Of a DNA stretch of 64,000 nucleotides, positions 11,749-22,700 are shown piece by piece. The notes below the pieces were generated by a model. That model ran no database searches and was not told where the DNA came from. It saw only the letters and a program-made list of their open reading frames with translations. Origin of the DNA: Squalus acanthias (taxonomy: Eukaryota); the NCBI GenBank assembly GCA_030390025.1, contig CM059432.1, forward strand, positions 118,794,001 to 118,858,000, given 5' to 3'. Every line of letters starts with the position of its first letter. Position 1 is the first letter of the stretch. A program made the translations under genes and the position numbers.

Positions 11749-13501
11749 AGAACATAAGAACATAAGAAATAGGAGCAGGAGTAGGCCATTTGGCCCCTCG
11801 AGCCTGCTCCACCATTCAATAAGATCATGGCTGATCTGGTCTTGGCCTCAACTCCACTTTCCTGCCTGCTCCCCATAACCCTTGACTCCCTTATTGTTCA
11901 AAAATCTGTCTATCTCCACCTTAAATATATTCAATGACCCAGCCTCCACAGCTCTCTGGGGTAGAGAATTCCAAAGATTCACAACCCTCTGAGAAAAGAA
12001 ATTCCTCCTCATCTCCGTTTTAAATTGTCGACCCCTCATTCTGAAACTCTACCCCCTTGTTCTGGTTTCCCCCATGAGGGGAAACATCCTCTCTGCATCT
12101 ACCCTGTCAAGCCCCCTCAGAATCTTATAAGTTTCAATAAGATCACCTCTCATTCTTCTAAACTCCAATGAGTATAGGCCCAACCTGCTCAACCTTTCTT
12201 CATATGGCAACCCCTTCATCTCAGGAATCAACATAGTGAACCTTTTCTGGACTACCTCCAATGCAAGTATATCCCTCCTTAAATAAGGAGACCAAAACTG
12301 TAAGCAGTACTCCAGGTATGGTCTCACCAACACCCTGTACAGTTGTAGCAAGACTTCCCTTACTTTTATACTCCATCCCCCTTGCAATAAAGGCCAACAT
12401 TTCATTTGCCTTCCTAATTACTTGCTGTACCTGCATGCTAACTTTTTGTGTTTCATGTACAAGGACCCCCAGATTCCTCTATACCGCAGCATTTTGTAGT
12501 CTCTCTCCATTTAAATAATAATTTGCTTTTTAATTTTTCCTACCAAAGTGGATAACCTCACATTTTCCCACATTATACTCCATCTGCCAAATTTTTGCCC
12601 ACTCACTTAACCTATCTATATCCAATTGCAGATTCTTTGTGTCCTCTTCACAACTTGCTTTCCCACCTATCTTTGTATCATCAGCAAATTTGGCTACATC
12701 ACACTCAATCCCTTCATCCAAGTCATTAATATAGATTGTAAACAGCTGAGGCCCCAGCACTGATCCCTGTGGCAGCCCACAGTTTGCCAACCTGAAAATG
12801 ACCCATTTATCCTGACTCTCTGTTTCCTGTTAGTTAGCCAATCCGCTATCCATGCTAATATATTACCTCCAACCCCATGAGCTCTTATCTTGTACAGTAA
12901 CCTTTTATGTGGCACCTTATCGAATGCCTTCTGGAAATCCAAATACACCACATCCACTGGTTCCCCTTTATTCATCCTGCTCGTTACATCCTCAAAGAAC
13001 TCTAGCAAATTTGTCAAACATGATTTCCCTTTCATAAAACCATGCTGACTCTGCTTGACTGTATTATGATTTTCTAAATGTCCTGCTACTACTTCCTTAC
13101 TAATGGACTCCAGCATTTTCCCAATGACAGATGTTAGGCTAACTGGTCTATAGTTTCCCGCTTTCTGTCTCCCTCTCTTCTTGAATAGGGGTGTTAAATT
13201 TGTGGTTTTAAACATAGAAACATAGAAGATAGGAGCAGGAGAAGGCCATTCGGCCCCTCGAGCCTGCTCCGCCATTTAATTAGATCATGGCTCACCATCC
13301 AAATTCAGTACCCTGTCCCTCCTTTCTCCCCATATCCCTTGATCCCTTTAGTCTTAAGAAATATATCTAACTCCTTCTTGAATATATTTAATGAATTGGC
13401 CTCAACTGCCTTGTGTGGTAGAGACTTCCACAGGTTCACCACTCTCTGGGTGAAGAAATTCCTCCTCATCTCAGTCCTAAATGGCTTACCCCTTATCCTT
13501 A

Positions 13502-13730
13502 AGTGAGAAGTCTCACAACACCAGGTTATAGTCCAACAGTTTTATTTGAAATCACAAGCTTTCGGAGCTGCTGCCCCTTCGTCAGGTGAAGTGTTGGTCA
13601 CTTCACCTGATGAAGGGGCAGCAGCTCCGAAAGGTGTGATTTCAAATAAAACTGCTGGACTATAACCTGGTGTTGTGCGACTTCTCACTTTTGTCCACCC
13701 CAGTCCAACACCGGCATCTCCGCATCATGG
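13502..13730. mobile_element. Penelope-like element pLTR fragment with inverted duplication, nested in CR1 C
   Basis: 12-bp TSD CCCTTATCCTTA (13490-13501 / 13731-13742). ~93-bp inverted arms with a hammerhead motif followed by AATAAA. Same family as 40690-40794. Confidence 0.8.
13552..13589 (-). ncRNA. Minimal type I hammerhead ribozyme motif (core intact)
   Basis: Minus strand reads TCAC-CTGACGA-A-GGGGC-AGCA-GCTCC-GAAA-GC-TT-GTGA: stem I TCAC/GTGA, CUGANGA and GAAA boxes, 5-bp stem II, palindromic AAGCTT stem III. Confidence 0.75.
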
Positions 13731-16123
13731 CCCTTATCCTTAGACTGTGACCCCTGGTACTGGACTCCCCCGCCATCGGGAACACCCTTCCTGCATCTAG
13801 TCTGTCTAGTCCTGTTAGAATTTTATAAGTTTCAATGAGATCCCCTCTCATTCTTCTAAACTCTAGCGAATATAAGCCTAATTGACCCAATCTCTCCTCA
13901 TACGTCATTCCTGTCATCCCAGGTATCAGTCTGGTGAATCTTCGCTGCACTCTCTCCATGGCAAGAACATCCTTCCTCAGATAAGGTGACCAAAACTGCA
14001 CACAATACTCAAGGTGTGGTCTCACCAAGGCCCTGTACAACTGCAGCAAGACATCCTTGTTCCAGTACTCGAATCCTCTCGCTATGAAGCCCAACATACT
14101 ATTTGCCTTCTTAACCGCCTGCTGCACCTGCATGCTTACCTTCAGCGACTGGTGCACAAGGACACCCAGGTCTCGTTGCACTTCCCCTTTTCCCAATCTA
14201 TTGCCGTTCAGATAATAATCTGTCTTCCTATTTCTGGCACTGAAGTGGATAACCTCACAATTATCCACATTATACTGCATTTGCCATGCATCTGCCCAAT
14301 CATCCAACCTGTCCAAATCATACTGGAGTTTCTCTGCATCATCCTCACAGCACACACGCCCACCCAGCTTTGTGTTGTCTGCAAACTTAGAGATATTTCA
14401 TCTTGTTCCCTCGTCTAGATCATTAATATATATTGTGAATAGCTGGGGTCCTAGCACCGATCCCTGCGGTACCCCACTAGTCACTGCCTGCCACTCGGAA
14501 AAAGACCCATTTATTCCAACTCTTTGCTTCCTGTCTGCCAACCAGTTGTCTATCCAAGACAATACCTTACCCCCAATCCCGTGTGCTTTAACTTTGCACG
14601 CTAATCTCTTATGCGGGACCTTATCGAAAGCCTTCTGAAAGTCCAAATACACCACATCCACTGGTTCTCCCTTATCTATTCTACCAGTTACATCCTCAAA
14701 AAATTCCAGTAGATTAGTCAAGCATGATTTACCTTTTGTAAATCCATGTTGATTTTGTCCGATCCTGTCACTGTTTTCCAAGTGCTCTGCTATTACATCT
14801 TTTATAATGGACTGTAGCATTTTCTCCACTACCGATGTCAGACTTACTGGTCTATAATTCCCCGTTTTCTCTCTACCACCTTTTTTAAATAGTGGGGTTA
14901 CATTAGCTATCCTCCAATCCATGGGAACTTTTCCAAAGTCCATCGAATTTTGGACGATGACCAGCAATGCATCTACTATTTCTCGGGCCACTTCCTTAAG
15001 TACCCTAGGATGTAGATTATCAGGCCCTGGGGATTAATCGGCCTTCAATCCCGTCAATTTCCCTAACACCATTTCCCTACAAATACTGATTTCATTCAAT
15101 TCCTCCCTTTCATTAGACCCTATGTTCCCCGACATCTCTGGGAGGTTATTTGTGTCCTCCTTTGTGAAGACAGAACCAAAGTATGTATTTAATTGGTCTG
15201 CCATTTCTTTGTTCCCCATTATAAATTCCCCTGATTCTGACAGCAAGGGACCTATGCTTGACTTCACCAATCTTTTTCTCTTCACATATCTATAGAAGCT
15301 TTTACAGTCAGTTTTTATGTTCCCTTCAAGCTTACTCTCATAATCTATTTCCCCCTCTTAATTAATCCCTTTGTCCTCCTTTGCTGAATCCTAAACTGTT
15401 CCCAATCCTCCGGTTTGCTGCTTTTTCTGGCCAAATTATATGTTCTCTCCTTGGATCTTATGCTATCCCTAATTTCCCTTGTTAGCCACGGTTGAGTCAC
15501 CTTTTTTGTTTTATTTTTATGCCAAACAGGAATGAACAAATTCTGTAGTTCATCCATGCAATCTTTAAATGTTTGCCATTGCCTATCCACCGTCAACCCT
15601 TTAAGTAACGTTCCCCAATCCATCCTAGCCAACTCGTGCCTCATACCATCATAGTTTTCCAATCCGCTGGGACCTCTCCAGAATCCAGGGAATTTTGGTA
15701 GATTACAACCAATGCATCCACTATCTCTGCAGTCACTTCTTTTAAGACCTTAGGATGCAGGCCATCAGGTCTCTCGTGATAGTGATTGTTTTAAGTACCC
15801 CCTTCCTATAGACCCCTTGATTCTCTATTATTATTGGGATGCTTTTAGTGTCTTCTACCGTGAAGACCGATACAAAATATTTGTTCAAAGTCTCTGCCAT
15901 TTTCCTGTTTCCCATTATTCATTCCCCAGTCTCATCCTCTAAGGGTCCAACATTTACTTTAGTTACTCACTTCCTTTTTATATACCTGTAGAAGCTCTGA
16001 CTGTCTGTTTTTATATTTCTTGCTAGTTTACTCTCATAATCTCACATCTCTCTCGATTTATTATTTTTTTAGATGTCATTTGCTGGTTTCTAAAAATTTC
16101 CCAATCCTCTGGCCTACCACTAA

Positions 16124-17420
16124 ACATGGATTTATGAAAGGGAAATCGTGTTTGACAAACCTACTGGAGTTTTTTGAGGATGTAACTGGTAAAATAGATA
16201 AGGGAGAACCAGTGAATGTGGTGTATTTGGATTTTCAGAAGGCCTTTGATAAAGTCCCACATAAGAGGTTAGTGTGCAAAATTAAAGCACATGGGAATGG
16301 GGGTAATATACTGGCATGGATTGAAAATTGGTTAACAGACAGGAAACAGAGAGTAGGAATAAATGAGTCTTTTTCGGGGTGGCAGGCGGTGACTAGTGGG
16401 CACCGCAGGGATCAGTGCTTAGGCTCCAGCTATTCACAATATACATCAATGATTTGGATGAGGGAACCAAATGTAATATTCCCAAGTTTGTTGATGACAC
16501 AAAACTAGGTGGGATTGTGAGTTGTGAGGAGGATGCAAAGAGGCTTCAAGGCGATTTAGACAAGTTGAGTGAGTGGGCAAATACATGGCAGATGCTGTAT
16601 AACGTGGATAAATGTGAAGTTATCCATTTCGGTAGGAAAAACAGAAAGGCAGAGTATTATTTAAATGGTGATAGATTGGGAAATGTTGATGTACAAAGGG
16701 ACCTGGGTGTCCTTGTGCACCAGTCACTGAAAGCAAACATTCAGGTGCAGCAAGCAGTTAGGAAGGCAAATGGTATGTTGGCCTTCATTGCAAGAGGATT
16801 TGAGTACAGGAGCAAGGATGTCTTACTACAGTTATACTGGACCTCGGTGAGACCACACCTGGAGTACTGTGTGCAGTTTTGATCTCCTTACCTAAGAAAG
16901 GATATATTTGCCATAGAGGGAGTGCAGCGAAGGTTCACCAGACTGATTCCTGGGATGGCAGGACTGTCGTATGAGGAGAGATTGGGTCGACTAGGCCTGT
17001 ATTCACGAGAGTTTAGAAGAATGAGAGGGGATCTCATTGAAACATATACAATTCTGACAGGACTAGACAGACTGGATGCAGGGAGGATGTTTCCCCTGGC
17101 TGGGGGGTCTAGAACGAGGGGTCACAGTCTCAGGATACGGGGTAGGACATTTAGGACTGAGATGAGGAGAAATTTCTTCACTCAGAGGGTCGTGAACCTG
17201 TGGAATTCTCTACCACAGAAGGCTGTGGAGGCCAAGTCACTGAATATATTTAAAGAAGGAGATAGATAGATTTCTAGACACAAAAGGCATCAAGGGGTAT
17301 GGGGAGAGAGGGGGAATATGGTATTGAGATAGAGGATCAGCCATGATCATATTGAATGGCGGAGCAGCTCGAAGGGCCGAATGGCCTACTCCTGCTCCTA
17401 TTTTTCTATGTTTCTATGTT
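16124..17420 (+). mobile_element. CR1 LINE D (5'-truncated) nested antisense in CR1 B
   Basis: RT motifs from [14 protein letters not shown] to the 3' UTR and (TTTCTATG)n tail. CTAA duplication (16120-16123 / 17421-17424). Confidence 0.92.
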
Positions 17421-17481
17421 CTAATCTTCGCATCATTGTATGCCTTTGTTTTCAATTTGATACCATCCTTAACTTCCTTAG

Positions 17482-18456
17482 TTAGCCACGGATGGTTAAT
17501 TCTTCTCTTAAGTCTTTCTTTCTCACTGGAATATATCTTTGCTGAGAGTTATGAAATATCTCCTTAAATGTCTGCCATTGCTTATCTACCGTCTTACCCT
17601 TTAATCTATTTCCGCAGTCCACTTTAGCCAACTCTGTCTTCATACCTTTGTAATTGCCTTTATTTAAGTTCAGGACACTAGTTTGAGACCCAAGTTTCTC
17701 ACCCTCAAACTGAATTTGAAATTCTAACATGCTATGATCACTCTTCCCTAGAGAATCCTTTACTATGAGATCATTAATTAATCCTGTCTCATTACACATT
17801 ACCAGATCTAAAATAGCCTGCTCCCTGGTTGGTTCCACAATGTATTGTTCTAAGAAACCATCCCGACTACATTCTATGAACTCTTCCTCAGGGCGACCTT
17901 TGCCAATTTGATTTGTCCAATCTATATGAAGATTAAAATCGCCCATGATTATTGTAGTACCTTTCTTAGAAGCCTCCATTATTTCTTGATTTATACTCTG
18001 TCCTACAGTGCAGCTACTGTTAGGGAGCCTATAGACTGCTCCCACCAGTGACTTCTTTCCCTTATTATTTTTTATCTCCACCCAAACTGATTCTACATCT
18101 TGATCTTCTAAGCCAATATAATTTCTCACTACTACACTGATCTCATCCTTTATTAACAGAGCTACCCCACCTCCTTTTCCTTTCTGCCTATCCTTCCGAA
18201 ATGTCATAATATTCAGTTCCCAGCCTCGGTCACCTTGCAACCACGTCTCTGTAATGGCTATCAGATCATACCCATTTATTTTTATTTGTGCCATCAACTC
18301 ATCTATCTTGCATGCATTCAGATAAAGAGCTTTTAATTTTGTCGTTTTACCATTTTTCCCTACTCTGACTCTACTTTCTGATGCACTCTTATGTTTATAC
18401 ATTCTATCCCTTCCTGTCACACTCTGGTTATCATTACCCCTATCGCTACCCTGCAC
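17482..18456 (-). pseudogene. CR1 B ORF2 N-terminal apurinic-type endonuclease domain
   Basis: Motifs LYLNA, IAITETWL, GGGVALLI, MGDFN, LDLV and SDH. Small deletions and a frameshift downstream. Confidence 0.9.
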
Positions 18457-18521
18457 TATTGCCTTTTCCTTTCTCTTTGACTTTTTAAATTTCCCCTCAC
18501 TTGAACCCTCCCCCCCACTAT

Positions 18522-19504
18522 TTAGTTTAAAGCCCTATCTACATTCCTAGTTATTCGATTTGCCAGGACACTGGTCCCAGCATGGTTCAAGTGAAGCCCG
18601 TCCCAACGGAACAGCTCCCTCTTTCCCCAGTACTGGTGCCAGTGCCCCATGAATCGAAACCCATTTCTCCCACACCAATCTTTGAGCCACGCATTCAACT
18701 CTCTGATCTTATTTACCCTATGCCAATTTGCTCGTGGCTCAGATAGTAATCCAGAGATTATTACGTTTGTGGTTCTGTTTTTTAATTTAGTCCCTAGCTG
18801 CTCATACTCCCTCAGCAGAACCTCTTTCTTTGTCCTACCTATGTCGTTGGTACCTACGTGGACGACGACAACTGGATCTTTCCCCTCCCACTCCAAGTTC
18901 CTCTCCAGCCCAGAGGAAATGTCCTTAACCCTGGCACCAGGCAGGCAACACAGCCTTCGGGACTCACGCTCTCGGCTGCAGAGAACAGTATCTATCCCCC
19001 TAACTATACTGTCCCCAACCAACAACAACATCAACAACAACTTATATTTATATTTATACCACTACAACATTTCTTTTTACACCCCCAACTTGAATGGCCC
19101 CCTGTACCACGGTGCTGTGGTCATTTTGCTCATCCTCCCTGCAGTCCCTGCTCTTGTCCACACAGGAAGCAAGTACCTCGTACCTGTTGGACAAGTGCAA
19201 GGGCTGAGGCTCCTCCAATGCTACCTTATGGATCCCCATACCTGCCTCACTCATAATCCCTGACCACAGACCAAATTTGAATTATTTAACCTAAGGGGTG
19301 TGATTGCCTCCTGGAACACATCTTCCAGATAACTCTCCCCCTCCCTGATGTATCGCAGTGTCTGAAGCTCGGACACCAGCTCATCAACTCTGAGCCGAAG
19401 TTCCTCGAGTTGCAGACACTTACTGCAGATGTGCTCGCCCTGAATCACACTGGGGTCCACAGGTCCCACATGCTACAGCTGCAACACATCGCCTGCCCTG
19501 CCAT
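18522..19504 (-). pseudogene. CR1 B ORF1: zinc finger/leucine zipper + SGNH esterase (frameshifted)
   Basis: ATG at 19504 (MAGQAMCCSCSMW..ICSKCLQLEELRLRVDEL), LSNRYEVL, and esterase blocks VGDSIVRG, HVGTND, DGLHLN. Short (AAC)n/AT insert at ~19020-19058. Confidence 0.9.
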
Positions 19505-19640
19505 CTCTATTGTATTTTATTTAAGTAATTAGGTTTTCAAGATTTGAAATTTCAATTATCTATGTATAGTTTTTAATCTGTAATCACGGCTCTTAATTTA
19601 AACCAATGCCCAAGTTTAGAAAAAAGAGAGAAATAGAGAA

Positions 19641-19740
19641 ATACTCACCAATCAATCACTTGCCTGCTTTCCTGTGACGTCACACCTTGATTTTTGTTCC
19701 TCCCTCTCTCAGATCGGTTGTAGTTGTTTTCCTTTTATCC
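19641..19740 (-). promoter_or_regulatory. CR1 B 5' UTR elements: CRE palindrome and 5' splice site
   Basis: GTGACGTCAC palindrome at 19674-19683 (contains TGACGTCA). Minus-strand G/GTGAGTA donor at ~19642-19649. TATA-like GATAAAAG at ~19732-19739. Function inferred only. Confidence 0.4.
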
Positions 19741-19742
19741 GC

Positions 19743-22700
19743 GTCGCTGGTCCCGCTCTCGCTCCGCTCTCGGGCCTCGGGTCACCGGTCTCGCTCTCGG
19801 GCCTCGGGTCACCGGTCTCGCTCTCGGGCCTCGGGTCACTGGTCCCGCTCTCGCTGTGCTCTCGGGCCTCGGGTCACTGGTCCCGCTCTCGCTGTGCTCT
19901 CGGGCCTCGGGTCACTGGTCCCGCTCTCGCTGTGCTCTCGGGCCTCGGGTCACTGGTCCCGCTCTCGCTGTGCTCTCGGGCCTCGGGTCACTGGTCTCGC
20001 TCTCGCTGTGCTCTCGGGCCTCGGGTCACTGGTCCCGCTCTCGCTGTGCTCTCGGGCCTCGGGTCACTGGTCCCGCTCTCACTCCGCTCTCGGGCCTCGG
20101 GTCACTGGTCCCACTCTCGCTGTGCTCTCGGGCCTCGGGTCACTGGTCCCGCTCTCGCTGTGCTCTCGGGCCTCGGGTCACTGGTCCCGCTCTCGCTCCG
20201 CTCTCGGGCCTCGGGTCACTGGTCCCACTCTCGCTCCGCTCTCGGGCCTCGGGTCACTGGTCCCGCTCTCGCTCCGCTCTCGGGCCTCGGGTCACTGGTC
20301 CCACTCTCGCTGTGCTCTCAGGCCTCGGGTCGCCGGTCCCGCTCTCGGGCCTCGGGTCACTGGTCCCGCTCTCGCTCCGCTCTCGGGCCTCGGGTCGCTG
20401 GTCCCGCTCTCGCTGTGCTCTCGGGCCTCGGGTCACTGGTCTCGCTCTCGCTGTGCTCTCGGGCCTCGGGTCACTGGTCCCGCTCTCGCTGTGCTCTCGG
20501 GCCTCGGGTCACTGGTCCCGCTCTCACTCCGCTCTCGGGCCTCGGGTCACTGGTCCCACTCTCGCTGTGCTCTCGGGCCTCGGGTCACTGGTCCCGCTCT
20601 CGCTGAGCTCTCGGGCCTCGGGTCACTGGTCCCGCTCTCGCTGTGCTCTCGGGCCTCGGGTCGCTGGTCTCGCTCTCGCTCCGCTCTCGGGCCTCGGGTC
20701 ACTGGTCCCGCTCTCGCTGAGCTCTCGGGCCTCGGGTCGCCGGTCCCGCTCTCGGGCCTCGGGCCTCGGGTCGCTGGTCCCGCTCTCGCTGAGCTCTCGG
20801 GCCTCGGGTCGCTGGTCCCACTCTCGGGCCTCGGGCCTCGGGTCACTGGTCCCGCTCTCGCTGAGCTCTCGGGCCTCGGGTCGCTGGTCCCGCTCTCGGG
20901 CCTCGGGCCTCGGGTCGCTGGTCCCGCTCTCGCTGTGCTCTCGGGCCTCGGGTCGCTGGCCCCGCTCTCGCTGTGCTCTCGGGCCTCGGGCCTCGGGTCG
21001 CTGGTCCCGCTCTCGCTGGGCTCTCAGGCCTCGGGTCACTGGTCCCGCTCTCGGGCCTCGGGCCTCGGGTCGCTGGTCCCGCTCTCGCTGTGCTCTCGGG
21101 CCTCGGGTCGCTGGTCCCGCTCTCGCTGGGCTCTCAGGCCTCGGGTCACTGGTCCCGCTCTCGGGCCTCGGGCCTCGGGTCGCTGGTCCCGCTCTCGCTG
21201 TGCTCTCGGGCCTCGGGTCGCTGGTCCCACTCTCGCTGTGCTCTCGGGCCTCGGGCCTCGGGTCGCTGGTCCCGCTCTCGCTGTGCTCTCGGGCCTCGGG
21301 TCGCTGGTCCCACTCTCGCTCCGCTCTCGGGCCTCGGGTCGCTGGTCCCGCTCTCGCTGTGCTCTCGGGCCTCGGGTCGCTGGTCCCACTCTCGGGCCTC
21401 GGGCCTCGGGTCGCTGGTCCCGCTCTCGCTGGGCTCTCGGGCCTCGGGTCACTGGTCCCGCTCTCGGGCCTCGGGCCTCGGGTCGCTGGTCCCACTCTCG
21501 CTGTGCTCTCGGGCCTCGGGTCGCTGGTCCCACTCTCGCTGGGCTCTCGGGCCTCGGGTCACTGGTCCCACTCTCGCTGTGCTCTCGGGCCTCGGGCCTC
21601 GGGTCACTGGTCCCGCTCTCGCTGTGCTCTCGGGCCTCGGGTCACTGGTCCCACTCTCGCTCCGCTCTCGGGCCTCGGGTCACTGGTCCCACTCTCGCTG
21701 TGCTCTCGGGCCTCGGGCCTCGGGTCACTGGTCCCGCTCTCGCTGTGCTCTCGGGCCTCGGGTCACTGGTCCCACTCTCGCTCCGCTCTCGGGCCTCGGG
21801 TCGCCGGTCCCGCTCTCGCTGTGCTGTCGGGCCTCGGGTCGCTGGTCCCACTCTCGGGCCTCGGGTCGCTGGTCCCGCTCTCGCTGGGCTCTCGGGCCTC
21901 GGGTCACTGGTCCCACTCTCGCTGTGCTCTCGGGCCTCGGGCCTCGGGTCGCCGGTCCCGCTCTCGCTGTGCTGTCGGGCCTCGGGTCGCTGGTCCCACT
22001 CTCGGGCCTCGGGTCGCTGGTCCCGCTCTCGCTGGGCTCTCGGGCCTCGGGTCACTGGTCCCACTCTCGCTGTGCTCTCGGGCCTCGGGCCTCGGGTCGC
22101 TGGTCCCGCTCTCGCTGGGCTCTCGGGCCTCGGGTCGCCGGTCCCGCTCTCGCTGTGCTCTCGGGCCTCGGGTCGCTGGTCCCACTCTCGGGCCTCGGGC
22201 CTCGGGTCGCTGGTCCCGCTCTCGCTGGGCTCTCGGGCCTCGGGTCACTGGTCCCGCTCTCGGGCCTCGGGCCTCGGGTCGCTGGTCCCACTCTCGCTGT
22301 GCTCTCGGGCCTCGGGTCGCTGGTCCCGCTCTCGCTGGGCTCTCGGGCCTCGGGTCACTGGTCCCACTCTCGCTGTGCTCTCGGGCCTCGGGCCTCGGGT
22401 CACTGGTCCCGCTCTCGCTGTGCTCTCGGGCCTCGGGTCACTGGTCCCACTCTCGCTCCGCTCTCGGGCCTCGGGTCGCCGGTCCCGCTCTCGCTGTGCT
22501 GTCGGGCCTCGGGCCACTGGTCCCGCTCTTGCTGGGCTCTCGGGCCTCGGGTCACTGGTCCCACTCTCGCTGTGCTCTCGGGCCTCGGGCCTCGGGTCAC
22601 TGGTCCCACTCTCGCTGTGCTCTCGGGCCTCGGGTCACTGGTCCCGCTCTCGCTGTGCTCTCGGGCCTCGGGTCACTGGTCCCGCTCTCGCTCCGCTCTC

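Larger units (their letters stand above)
13210..15653 (-). mobile_element. CR1 LINE C (5'-truncated) nested in CR1 B
   Basis: (CATAGAAA)n tail at 13210 and RT ORF fragments. Host CR1 B rejoins across a GTTTT duplication (13205-13209 / 15654-15658). Confidence 0.9.
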
